Assembly (NCBI GenBank): GCA_964016885.1
Contig: OZ024748.1
Location: 2,480,001 to 2,544,000, forward strand
DNA length: 64,000 nucleotides
Direction: 5' to 3'
Source: Eledone cirrhosa
Lineage: Eukaryota
The notes under the pieces were generated by a model. That model had not been told where the DNA came from. It made no database searches and saw only the letters and a list, made by a program, of their open reading frames with translations. Both the position numbers and the translations under genes were made by a program. The stretch's first letter is position 1; each line of letters begins with the position of its first letter. Of this stretch, positions 1 to 31,553 are shown one piece after another.

Positions 1-115
1 TTGAAAATTATATAGGCAGTGTTTTTCATTAGATATATGGTAATGAAAGGGTTAATTTGATAATTGTACATCCAATGGAGAACAATATTAAAACAGACAC
101 AAGGCACAAACATAC

Positions 116-19312
<19,197 letters not shown>

Positions 19313-19315
19313 AGT

Positions 19316-19470
19316 CGAGGAACTACAATCAATGAATGTTTTGTTGATTGGTTCTTCTTCGTAAAGATCTCGACTCCTGGATAAATTGTAAAAAATGTCA
19401 ACGTGGATTGAACATGGAAGAACTTCCTGTTCAGCAGCGAAATAAATATCGCTTGCTGATTGGTCCATAT
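19316..19470 (-). promoter_or_regulatory. Probable COPA proximal promoter / 5' UTR with two CCAAT boxes and an ETS-like site
   Basis: Minus strand: GACCAATCAG (ATTGG at 19459-19463), AACCAATCA (19347-19351) and CAGGAAGT (19422-19429), directly upstream of the start codon. Confidence 0.5.
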
Positions 19471-19896
19471 TAACCAGTCACTGTTGCCGACTCTTGTTTT
19501 GACACAGTAAAAAAAATCTTGTCACTTTCTTTTCAGCTGGATCTTGATAAAAAAATAAATGAACATAAGAAATATTTAAATGTGTGTATACGCACACACA
19601 CGCAGAAATATATATATATATATATATACACAGCATTAAAACAATGTATCTATAGTGGTCGACTGATGAGATGGGACTATCTGTATTCGTTCAATTTCCT
19701 GCCTTGCCCATATTTTTTATTCATTGGCCCTTCACGTTCTGAGTTCAAATCCCGCCGAGGTTAGCTTTGCCTTTCATCCTTATGGGGTCGATAAACTAAA
19801 GCACCAGTAAGGCACAGGTGTCGATTTAATCGACTTTCCCCTTCCTTTGAAATGCTGGCCTTCTGCCTAAAGTAGAAATATATATATTTATTCACT

Positions 19897-20899
19897 ATCA
19901 TCATCATCATCGTTTAACGTCCATCTTCCACGCCAGCATGGGTTTGGACGGGAATTTTCCCACTTGAGGCAAGATTGGTTGACTTGCTCGTATAGGACTG
20001 TCTGGCGGGTTTTCTACGGTTGGATGCCCTTCCTAACACCAACCACGTTTTCAGTGTGGACTGGGAGGTTTTTACCGTGTTACCTACATGGTCACATTAC
20101 AGCGTGGACTGTGTGTTTTTTTGTCGTGACACCTACACGACCTCATTTATTTAGGACTGGATGTTGTGGTACCAACATAACTTTACATTGAAAGGGGTGG
20201 TGTGGATGGGGTGGGGTTAGTGGGACGGGGGTGTATTTTTGTTAGAGGTGCCTACTGACAGTAGGTTTCGCTTTGTACTTAGGCAAGGCGGGTCTTCTGT
20301 ATTACTGTGTAGCGCCAAAGATCTCGGTCCAGTGACATTGTCTTGAAGAGGTGTAAGTGTGTGAGGTCAGAATTTATCAAGTCGTCCCAGGTTTTTCTGG
20401 GTATGCCTACTCCGTGGCTACCGTCTATTTTTATCACCCTGCACTTTTTTATACAGCTGTCGTCTTTCATGCGCATCACGTGACCGTACCAACGTAGTCT
20501 TCTCTCGAGTAAACAACATCTGATCCCTCTTATTCCTAATTTCGCCCTTAGTTTGTTTATGCTTTGCCGTTCACGTATATTACTATTACACATTCAGCGG
20601 CGCATGCAAGCTTCATTCCTCTCCAGTCTGCGTATATCCTCTGCACACAATGCCCAAGTCTCACTGCCATGTAACATTGCTGTTCGTATGCAGGCATCAT
20701 ACAGCCTGCCTTTCATTTTTAGAGAGAACCCTTTAGCGGCCAATAGTGGTATAAGCTCTCTGAACTTTTTCTATCCCGTTCTGACTCTAGCTACTATACT
20801 CTCAGAACACCCTCCACCACTGCTGATTTTGTCACCCAGGTAACGGAAGGTGTCCACTATTTCTATAGAACCATCTGTGCAATGGAATGAGCTAGTATT
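19897..20899 (-). mobile_element. 5'-truncated RTE-clade LINE copy (RT C-terminus, 3' UTR, (ATG)n tail)
   Basis: FRYLGDKISSGGGCSESIVARVR...RRLRWYGHVMR...PRKTW; near-identical to the copies at 28.6 and 34.6 kb; 5' end abuts (TA)n. Confidence 0.9.
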
Positions 20900-20993
<94 letters not shown>

Positions 20994-21002
20994 ATTATCA
21001 TG

Positions 21003-21300
21003 GTTTGGTTGCACGTCTCTGAATAGTTTCCAGGAGATCAATATTCTGAGCAAGATAGGGGTTCCAGATTGGTAATGCAAATTCTAAGTGTGGATGTACT
21101 ATAGCTATATACAGCTTTAAATAGATAGCTGGAACACAGCTGATAAAGGTCTTACTGAGTGATGCTAAGACACCCTTAGCCTTCTTGACAATTTTAGAGT
21201 TGTGTTTTGTCCAACACAAATCACGGTTGACAATAATACTCAGGTCACGGTTCACAAGAAGACTTCTTGAGATTAGTGTTGTGGAGGGAGTATCTTGTAC
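21003..21300 (-). mobile_element. CR1/L2-group LINE RT C-terminal fragment
   Basis: LKLYIAIVHPHLEFALPIWNPYLAQNIDLLETIQRRATK. Confidence 0.8.
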
Positions 21301-21313
21301 TCCAATGTGTTGT

Positions 21314-21560
21314 AGGTATTAACAAAACCTGGGTTTAAAGCCAGAAAGATGAGGCTGGTACCCAGAGAAAGTGTCAATACATGTGACATCCTAGATAGAC
21401 TTTTAGGTATTAACAGAACCTGGGTTTAAAGCCAGGGTAGTGAGGATGGCACCTAGAGAAGTGTCAGAATATGTGGTGTCAACATAACCAGAGTTTAAAG
21501 CCAGAGTGATGAAGTTGGTGCCCAGAGAAAGTGTGACAACATGCGACATCCTAGATATGT
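21314..21560 (-). repeat. Three-unit minisatellite derived from a CRE-like retroelement endonuclease segment
   Basis: Repeated gggtttaaagccag...cagagaaagtgt; the minus strand reads *DVTCIDTFS and *DVACCHTFS. Confidence 0.5.
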
Positions 21561-22237
21561 GACCTATGTATCCCACTTCCTTTTCAAAGGAATCAAAGAG
21601 AAGACCAGAACTATAAAGTAGGAAACTTAGAGGATAACTATCTGGCATATAGAATAAAGATTTGTTGAAAGCTATTACATTGGAATAATCCACACTGTTG
21701 ATCCAAGATTTGACAGATCTCCAGCAGAGCTGGATTAAATTCTTTTGAAGCCTTAAGTACTTAAAAGATTATGGTGTGCCCCCATCTATAAAGTCAGTGA
21801 AAAAAAAAAAATGATAATAAATGTAAATTTTTTTTAAATGAATAAAATAAAAATAAATAAAGAATAAATAAATTCTTTTTGGAAAGACAAATGCATTTAT
21901 TTGAATAAAATGGTACCCTTCTTCCCTAGATACCTTTTGCGTGTGCTTATTTTGCTTAATGGTTTATCCAACCCTGATCTCCAGATAAGAAAATCAAATA
22001 ATAAATTAGCCTAAATTAAAATTGAGAGATGAAGAAAATTATTCTGTGATAAATAAGAATAATAGGGTAGTGGATTGCAAAATAGATAGAACGCCTGGCA
22101 AAATAACTTGTGGTTGTAGGTTACCTCCCTTTACACACTGAATTTGATTCCCAGCCAAGTTGACTCTACCTTTTGTCCTTCTCACATTACTAAAACAAAT
22201 ACCAGGCATTAATGGACACCAGTTAAGTATTGGACAC

Positions 22238-22485
22238 AGCATGGTCAAACGGTTAAGAATTTTGCTTCACAATCATTAGGTCCCATGTTCAATCCTACTT
22301 CGTGGCATTTTGGGCAAGTGTCATTTACTATAGCTTCAGGTGAACCAATGCCTTGTGAGTGAAATTGAATTGACAGAGCATGTTTAGAAACAAGGCAGAT
22401 GGACTGTAGTACCTGTGATTCAAAGGGTCAGCCTTGTCACACATAGCGTCATTGTGAATTTTCCCCGAAATTACATTATGGGTAC
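22238..22485 (+). mobile_element. Second SINE family (copies at ~27900-28050 and ~29840-29960)
   Basis: ggttaagaa.tttgcttcacaa...gttcaatcc...gtggca...tgggcaagtgtc.t.tactatagc shared between copies. Confidence 0.65.
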
Positions 22486-23294
22486 ATTATCTGACCCCTA
22501 TGTGCTGCTCAGTTTCAAGTTAGGTAGATTTAATCCTTGTCTCAGTTTAACACCATCACCTGACCCTTATGTGCTGTTAGTGGAGTCTGCTCAGTTTCAA
22601 GCATTCAGGTTGGTCTCCAGGATGAGGATATCTTCCTTCCTCCATTCTATTGATCTCAAAACCCCCCAAAAGGGTCATGAGAACTGCCCTTTCCTCTCTG
22701 ACTATACAGTAAAGAGAAACAAAGGTTAATGCAGGTTTTTTTTTATTTCTACAAATTGCTTTAGAATAAAAAAAAAACATTTATTGACTTAAGAAGCATT
22801 GGAAGAATTTGAAATTTGAAATGTGTGTCCTAACACAAAAGTCTATAACAATATGAGTTGTTAACCATAAATAATAGTCATGAAAATTAGATAAAATATC
22901 CTTGGAAATGGAAAGAATTACTCCAGGGGTATTTTACCTGATTTTCTCAACTACTATTATGGTTATTTGTGTTGGGATGCACATTAAAAAAAAAATCCAT
23001 CTTTGAAAATGCTTTGTGGTATTTAGTAACAACTTCCAATGTTCTGAGTTCAAATCCGACCAAGGTCAACTTTACCTTTCATCCTTCTAGGGTTGGTTAA
23101 ATAAAGTACCTGTTAAGTATTGGCTTTGGTATAATAGATTCTCCTCTTCCCTCAAATTGCTGGCCTTGAGCCAATGTTGGAAAGAATTATATAAACAATT
23201 TTTGTTTTAAAAAAAAAGAGGAAAACAGAGTGGGGAGGAGATTACATCCTGTATCACACACCACAACAAACTAGAGTTTCTTTCTAATAATTTT

Positions 23295-23545
23295 TTTAGG
23301 CAGGCCAACACACCTGTAGCATTACCATGGATGATAGTGAGACTAAGATGCTGAAATAACCAAGTACTCCTACCACGAGCATCACCTGATATGTCAGTAA
23401 GACTAGGTGATAGCGTGGCTAAGATGCTTGAATAACCAAGCACCCTCAACTGAAACATCACCTGATATGTCAATAAGACCAGGTGATAGCGGGGCTAAGA
23501 TGTTGGAATAACTAAGTGCCCTCACCAGGAGCATCACCTGATACA
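23295..23545 (-). repeat. Three-unit ~75-bp minisatellite derived from a CRE-like retroelement C-terminus
   Basis: Repeated gatag...ctaagatg...aataaccaag...catcacctgata; translates DISGDARGRSTWLFQHLSLTIIHGNATGVL. Confidence 0.6.
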
Positions 23546-24938
23546 TTATAAGGTGAGTCGCCAACAATGACAAGAAGCCTGTCATCAGCAGCCCGCAGTC
23601 CACCTTCTCAAATGCCATATACCTGAAAAAAAAAGAAAGAAATACAATTTCTCTATAATTCCTGGTATTTTAGTCCATTTGGTTATGAATGCAATGACCT
23701 TTGCAGCAGCATGTCAAAAAGTGCAAAAGAGCTGATAACTATGGTGTTCCAAGAGCAAGAATGACGGAGTCATTCTACTGACATGGCTTAAAAAGAGGCT
23801 ATTTGCATAATTGCAAACGAATCGAATATTATTATTAATATTCGAAAAACTCAGATTACATTTATTGTATTCAGCCATGTAGAGCGATAAACTATTGGTT
23901 TTGTATATATATATAGAGAGATATATTTAAACTCTACTTCGGTATTGAGTACTCCTTTCTCTCGGCCGTCAATGACATACGAATATATGTGTGTGTGTTA
24001 TCAGTGATTTCTTTACTTGTCGCATATTTTAAGGGTTAGTTGAGTAGTTCAAGTTATGTATGTTAAGGGTATTTTATTGTTAAACAATAGGATTGGTTGA
24101 TGTGACCTTGACTGACTCAGAAAACTGGGCTGCGGATCATTTAACTATAATAGTGAAACACACTTTAGGTTCTTAACCTTCTTTGTCAACAATAATACAA
24201 CTGCAAAGTTAATTTCGTCACAATTACAACGGCAAAGACGCAATTACAAATTGGGAAAAACGCAATTGTAATTGGAAACAGATGCAAAAGGCAAGTGATA
24301 GAAATTTACATAAAATGATAGAGCACACGAAACGCTAAAGAGAAGAGAGAGAGCAAAAGAGAGAGTGAGAGGAAGATAGAGGGTGTAATGTAAAGTGATA
24401 TAAAGAGGCTAGAACAATAAGACATAATCAGATATATAAGGTAAGGGAGGTAACTCGAAAGAAGCAAGTCTAGCCTTGTCTCAGTCTCTTATTATTTTTT
24501 TTTCACTTGACAATTGTAGCGCGAACCAGTTTTATCATTCTTACTGACGCCAGCCAGAAATATAAAGCTTCCTCCCCCATTCACTATCTGAATATCTAGA
24601 ATGGAAAAATACTCGCTAGTTTTTATTTGTATGTTAATATTATAAATCAACAAAAACTTAATTGCGTGACTTGAAGTAAATTTGAAACAGCTTTCACCGC
24701 CGTTGTCTCTCCCGCCTTGTTTTTTTTTCTCTTCGTTTGCCTTTCCATCTCTCTCTCTCTCTCTAAACCCGCATTCTTTCTGACTGTCTATCGCTATCAC
24801 ACGTTCTTCCCTCTTCTTTAAAAGTACTCTTTTACGTCTTCAGCTATCAATTATTTCTTTTGGATCAACTTGATATATATATATATATTTTAAAAGATCC
24901 CTTATTCCTGTACTTCGATACAATCACACAACAACACA

Positions 24939-25160
24939 ATGGATAATATAGAAAAACAAGTAGTGAATAAAATCGACAACAACAAGGTTATGATATTTTC
25001 AAAATCGTTCTGTCCATTTTGTACGAAAGCCAAACAAGCTTTTAAGGATCACATCGGTAGCAGCGTCAGTTGTAAAGATTATGAAGTAATGGAGCTGGAT
25101 GATCACCCAGACGCTGACAAAATCCTGGATTACTTACAAAGGATCACTGGATCCAGAACG
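24939..25160 (+). CDS. GLRX: Glutaredoxin (class I, dithiol CPFC) exon 1
   Basis: MDNIEK...VMIFSKSFCPFCTKAK...LQRITGSRT then GTAAGT donor at 25161; 74 codons. Confidence 0.93.
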
Positions 25161-27418
25161 GTAAGTTTACATGATCTTTTACTACTATTGTTGTTTAGAA
25201 GCCTTTTAACACCGAATATCGTTTTAGTAAACCTATTAAGTATGATACAAGGAGAGAGATACGAACAGATATTTATTTATTTTTAGCTCTCTTACTATCT
25301 TACTATCTCTCTCTCTGTGTTGTGTGTCATAAATCCATTACACACACAATTATCATCAAGTTGACAATGTTATATATTATATATTTACGTTCGGCGTCTT
25401 TTTATTATCCGTCTCCATTTAATGTTAAGTGTATATTACAATTCCTACCGAGGTTAGCTTTGCCTTTCATCCTTAAGGGGTCGATAAAATAGAGTACCAG
25501 TAACGTACTGAGATGCATTTAATCGACATTCCCGTTTCCTTTTAAATTGCTAGCTTTAGAAAGAATTATTTAATTTATCTAGTCTATTTATCTTTCATTA
25601 CACTATTTCAATCATTATCATATTTCACTTATATATATACCCCCCCCCTCCTCTGAACCTAATTTTGTTGTCGTTGGTCTTAATAGTTTCTTAACTCTTT
25701 CACTAAAACATAAATTCCACTTGACACTGCAGCTGCTCTGTTCCGGACCTGACATATGTCAAACCATTTTAATCATATCCACTCGTATAATTTGTGTAAT
25801 ATTCTCGTGTGTTGTACTATTGTTTTAAAGTGAGTTGGAAATTTCCACTCATCCCCTGGAAGCTCTCCAAACTGAGCAATTTAAACTGAGGAACAAACCT
25901 CCGCCTATCTTAAAATTATTTCTCCTCCTCACACTTTTCTTTCGCTATTCTCACATTCTTTCTTTTTTCTTCTCACGGTTTATTCCATCGGAAGTGTTCT
26001 ATGTCGCTTGTTTTACGTATTAATCTACTAAATAGACATACTTGTAAGCTAACATTGACTACAAACATAGAATCAATAATATCACTACAGGATTAGTTGT
26101 GATTGTTTGTTAAATTTAAAGAGATAATCGTATGTTTGTGTTCTTTTGTTACGGAAAGCTGGGCCGAACATAATAATTGACAGCTAAAATACACACTACT
26201 TCCTTTAACAATGACTGGCTTGCGAAATATATATAATTAATAGCGATGGAAATAATTGCCTTCACTAATTTCCAAAGTACTTACAGCTATTTGCTCACTT
26301 TTATTGTCCGTACATGATGAAACACGTACATCAAGTGTCTGCTCTTATTTAAAAAAAAGTTTTAACACACAAGTGTTTGAATTGTATTAACACGTGTTTT
26401 ATTTTAGACTCCTTAAGGTTTAAAGCTTTACATTATAATATTTCGTTGAGCCTTCCCCCCTTTTCTAAGGCTTTAACCTAACCTATCTATTTATATCACG
26501 AGTTTTAAATCCTTTATCGACTATATCTATACAAATGTTGAAACATTCACGTTTGTTGTTTTGTTATGGCTATCAGCTTACAAGAGTTATACATTTATAT
26601 ATGATGAACCTAGCTTCAATTTCTAATGTCTTTTAGATTGATGTTCAAATGTATATCAATTCTATTTCATTAATTACATAAAAATAATTGAGAAGTATCT
26701 AATAAAAACAAAACACACCGTTAAAGGGAACAAAAAAGGAGGGAAATAAAAAGAAGAAAAAGTATCGAGCAACGAAAAAAAAAGGAGGAGAGTAGGGGAC
26801 AGACACTACACCACTATACTCCAATCTGTATATAAATACTTAGATGTTTATGCCTTCCCTACAATATGTGATTCAAGTAAATATTTGCCTCAGCCCCTGT
26901 CTGTCTCCACCTCCAACTTGCCCTTGTTAGGCACACGGCATCTAGATTAAATCCGACAAATTAAGGCCTCTCTTAATTCGGAATCTTGACGGCGTCATCA
27001 TCTGATATCTCGTGAATGTGCTTGTAACATGAGTCAACATTTAATGGTCGTTTTGGAAATAACTTACACAACTAACAAAACTAAAAGTAGACGTGGTTTT
27101 TAAATAGTATATTGCAGTGAATTACTTAGTCCGATGTTTTCCTATGTCGTTTGTTATCTTAATTGTCGAATCCTTTAAACTCACTTCACTGAGTCAGGTG
27201 CACTGTTGAGAACATCCACAGTTTTCAAACCAACTAGGGACCTTTTACCCAACCGCTTAATCCGCTAGAAATAGCTGCCAAACTCTCTCAAAACAGAAAT
27301 CTTTAAATGGAAGTGATGAGTGTGACATACGAGACAATGCAGTCCTAGATGTAGAAACACACGAATAATTAAGGCTGGACTAACTAAGATCTATCTCTCT
27401 ATATATATATAAATCATC

Positions 27419-27471
27419 AGGCTTCCTGATGATTTATACCGAATGAAACAGTTCTAGTCCTGTAGAAGCCT
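27419..27471 (+). ncRNA. Type I hammerhead ribozyme motif (family 1), sense strand of the glutaredoxin intron
   Basis: AGGCUUC-CUGAUGA-UUUAUACCGAAU-GAA-ACAG uucuaguc CUGU-A-GAAGCCU; 7-bp stem I, weak stem II. Confidence 0.72.
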
Positions 27472-28071
27472 TTCTATATTATATATATAAGCAAAAGAAT
27501 GAGTGAATGAAAGAGTTACGTAGGAGGTGAGTAATATTGTAGAACAATAAAACTATTCATATATCAGATAAGTAGCACTCAACAGTTGGTAGAACTGGAG
27601 TATATATTAAAGAAGAAATTAAAAGATGGTTAAAAAAGTTCCATATATTTTATTATGCGCATTTCGAAAACAACATCAGGAAAGTGTGTGGACACTTTCT
27701 TGTTGAGAGAGAGAGAGAGAGAGAGAGATATGATATCTCTCTCTCTCTCTATGTATAGGTCTGCTTGAGCTGAACGAAAACCTCATATTACATAGTAGAG
27801 TATAGCTTTATCTAGAGCAAGTCACCTTACATGTGTCGACTATATTTCATGTCACTTTAGCTTCTGACCAAGCCTGGTGTATTTTCTGCTTCTATAGGGT
27901 GCAGACTTGGTTTTCTGGTTAAGAAGTTTGCTTCACAACTATGTGGTTCTGTGTTTCATCCCTTTGTGTGGTATCTTGGCTTACTCTATTCTACTATAAC
28001 CTTGGGCTATAATAAACTTGGTAGACAATTATTGCAAAGAAATCCGACACACACACATATTTATGTGTGAG

Positions 28072-28197
28072 TCCCGGGTTCAATCAGGGATAACCACAGT
28101 AAGTAAGGTACTCAATACATTAGTAGAGTGTATACAACAAATTTAATATAGAAATGGTTTCTACAGGACTAAAACTGTTTCATTCGAAGGAAATCAT
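28072..28197 (-). mobile_element. Family 1 element, truncated within the CUGAUGA box
   Basis: cccgggttcaatcagggataaccacagtaagtaaggtactcaatacatt...ctacaggactaaaactgtttcattcgaaggaaatcat. Confidence 0.6.
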
Positions 28198-28235
28198 TCT
28201 CCATATTCAGTTGTTTATATATATATATATATATA

Positions 28236-28550
28236 TGGCGGCTGATATTTACCAAAAAGAACAACAAGTCAACATCATTGGATACCATCAGGGTTGCAGG
28301 TGTTATATCAGAGTTTTCCTTCTCCTAGAATTCTGCCTTGACAAAGGCTAAGGGGTCATCTCTCCCGGTGATTTTGGATGGCCATTGACTCTTAAGAGCT
28401 CCTTTGCCCTTTGACAGGTTTTGTTTTTAGTCCTGCAGGATGTCCAAAGTCACCCCCCTCACCAAGAAACCTTGGTGGGGTTGCCAGTTTAGTCGCCAAC
28501 GACTCGACCATGAGACAAGTTGTACTGGGATACATGTTACCAGTAGCACC
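28236..28550. repeat. Interspersed repeat shared with 58400-58830
   Basis: caacatcat.gg...gacaaaggcta.ggggtc...ttttggatggcc.ttgactctta.gag...tcctgcagg.tgtccaaa.tcaccc...tttagtcgcc.acgac present in both. Confidence 0.75.
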
Positions 28551-28582
28551 AACTGGTGACCTGACATAAATATATATATATT

Positions 28583-29645
28583 GGGGGAGGGTGCTCTGAA
28601 AGTACAGTAGCTAGAGTCAGAACTGGATGGAAAAAGTTCAGAGAGCTTATACCACTATTAGCCGCTAGAGGGTTCTCCCTAAAAATGAAAGGCAGGTTAT
28701 ACGATGCCTGCATACGAACAGCAATGCTGCATGGCAGTGAGACCTGGGCATTCTGTGCAGAGGATATACGCAGACTAGAGAGGAACGAAGCTTGCATGCT
28801 CCGCTGGATGTGCAATAGTAATATATGTGAATGGCAAAGCATAAACGAACTAAGGAAAAAATTAGAAATAAGAGGGATCAGATGTTGTTTACTCGAGAGA
28901 AGGCTACGTTGGTACGGTCACGTGATGCGCATGAAAGACGACAGCTGTATAACAAAGTGCAGGGCAATAAAGATAGACGGTAGCCACGGAGTAGGCAGAC
29001 CCAGAAAAACATGGGACGAGCTGATAAATTCCGACCTCACACGCTTACACCTCTCCAAGACAATGTCACTGGACCGAGACCTTTGGCGGTACTCAGTAAT
29101 AGAGAAGACCCGCCTTACCTAAATACAAAGTAAAAACCTACTACAGTCAGTAGGCATCTCTATCAAAACACACCCCCGTCCCACCACCTCCACCCCATCC
29201 ACACCGCCCCTTTCAATGTAAAGTTATGTTGGTCCCACAACATCCAGGCCGAAACAAATGAGATCCAGGCCGAAACAAATGAGATCGTGTAGGTGTCACG
29301 ACAAAAAAACACACAGTCCACGCTGTAAATGTGGCCGTGTAGGCAACATGGTAAAAACCTCCCAGCCCCACACTGTAAATGTGGTTGGTGTTAGGAAGGG
29401 CATCCAGCTGTAGAAAACCCGCCAGACAGTCCACGCTGTAATGTGGCCGTGTAGGCAACACGGTAAAAACCTCCCAGCCCCACACTGTAAATGTGGTTGG
29501 TGTTAGGAAGGGCATCCAACTGTAGAAAACCCGCCAGACAGTCCTATGCGAGCAAGACAACCAACCCTTGCCTCAAGTGGGAAAGCCCCCGTCCAAACCC
29601 ATGCAAACGTGGAACACGGACGCTAAACCTGATGATGATGATGAT
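28583..29645 (+). mobile_element. 5'-truncated RTE-clade LINE copy with internal 3' UTR duplications
   Basis: ORF 28685-29122 KGRLYDACIRTAMLHGSETW...LRWYGHVMR...GRPRKTW; (GAT)n tail. Confidence 0.9.
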
Positions 29646-30245
29646 ATATATAACAAAGAGGTTGGCTGTTAAGAGAAGCAGAGGCCGGCAGCCAAAACGA
29701 TGGCTTGACAATGTCAATTCATAGACTGGACTTGATCTTTACTCTTTGAACTCTGCTGCTGGTGATTGAACTTTGTGGAGAGAGATATCACATGTTGATG
29801 CGCAATCTGCAACTGGCGGAGTTTAGCATCACAAGAGAGTGTTGTGGTTAAGGAGTGTACTTTGTTACCATGGTGGTTCTAGGTTTCAGTCCCATTGTAC
29901 AGCTGGCACCTTGGACAAATGTCTTCTACTCTTAGCTTCAGATTGACCAATGCCTTGTTGTGTGCATATTACTTCCCATATCTCCTTGTGGAGTCATAGA
30001 GGCACTGTCATATGGCATGTCTAGGGCACTTTTAAACCTGGCAGAGCCCAACCTTCTCCAGGTCTGAACACAGCCAATTTTTTCTATAGAAGAAGAATTG
30101 ACTGGACCGGTATTTTTTTATTGACCTCGAAAGGATGGAAGGCAAAGTTGACCCCAGCGGGATTTGAACCCAGAGCGCACAATGAGGTGGGATGAATATG
30201 GTAAAGCATTCTATCTGACGTCTTAACGACTCTGCTAATTTGACA

Positions 30246-30293
<48 letters not shown>

Positions 30294-30837
30294 ATATCAT
30301 CATCGTTTTTACGTCTGCTTTTCCATGCCAATCCACAACCCTCACAACAAAACAACAATAATAACAAATAATGATTTAGGCAACAATTTTGGTGGGACAG
30401 GAAAGTCAATTAAACTGACCCCAGTATGTTACTGGTACTTTATTTTATTGACCTTGTAAGGATAAAAGACAAAGCTAACCTTAATGGGATTTGGACTCAG
30501 AACGTAAAGGGCCATAACTCAATACTACAAAGCATGTCCGCCACTCTAAATAATATTAAAATAAAAAATAAGAATAATTTACTAGTAAGTGATCGCTACT
30601 TACCTTGACTCTTTGATCAGTGATTGATTTCCTTCCCTAATGAAAACAAAGATTTTTAATTTATGATTAATTTAATAACTTTCTTTGGGTTTTGCATTTT
30701 ATTTTCAATGTATGGTCAGCATATTAGATTTTTATGTTTTGAGATCATGCACACATGCACAGACGCACATACATTATATATACACATACATATATCTGTG
30801 AATGTGTGTATATATAATAACACAACAGTTCACCATA

Positions 30838-30878
30838 CCGAGAACAATTGTTTCACCTTATGTGGATCCTCAGCTCGG
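30838..30878 (-). ncRNA. Minimal type I hammerhead ribozyme motif (unrelated family) with palindromic stem III
   Basis: Minus strand: CCGAG-CUGAGGA-U CC acauaa GG U-GAA-AC AAUU GU-U-CUCGG. Confidence 0.72.
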
Positions 30879-31350
30879 ACGCTGGATCCGCATGTAAAAC
30901 AATTGTTCTCGGTATGGTGAACTCTTGTGTTACCACTTCTACCAAACTAATCCCATGGACTGAGTGCTCTACTACTACAGATATTACCTTCCAGTGTTCT
31001 ACCACTATATATATATCATCATCATCATTTTACGTCCATTTTTCCCTGCTTGCAAGGGTGGGACGGGAATTGATTCTGGCTTGATTTCTACAGCTGGATG
31101 CCCTTCCTAACACCAACCTCATTTACAGTGTGTGCTGGGTGCTTTTTTGCCGTGGCACCTCCACGACCACTTTGCAGTGGAATGATAGGGACCCCAGTCC
31201 CTATCATCTCATTTCTACAGCTGAGTAAACTGGAGCAATGTGAAATAAAGTGTCTTGCTCAAGGAAACAACACATGACCCGGTCTGAGAATTGAACTCAC
31301 AACCTTTCGATTGCAAGGCCAATGCTCTAACCACTAAGCCATATGCCTCC

Positions 31351-31553
<203 letters not shown>

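Noticed and set aside
19313-19468. In-frame upstream ATG giving a 52-aa N-terminal extension of COPA
   Set aside because: Alpha-COP conventionally starts MLTKFE; the extension overlaps CCAAT boxes, so it is probably upstream of or at the TSS
21314-23545. Regularly spaced repeats as a CRISPR-like array
   Set aside because: Eukaryotic context; units are degenerate over their whole length with no unique spacers and no cas genes
25161-25286. Single-exon 115-aa glutaredoxin ORF
   Set aside because: Reads through a perfect GTAAGT donor and loses the TVP and GG motifs, which exon 2 at 37408 supplies
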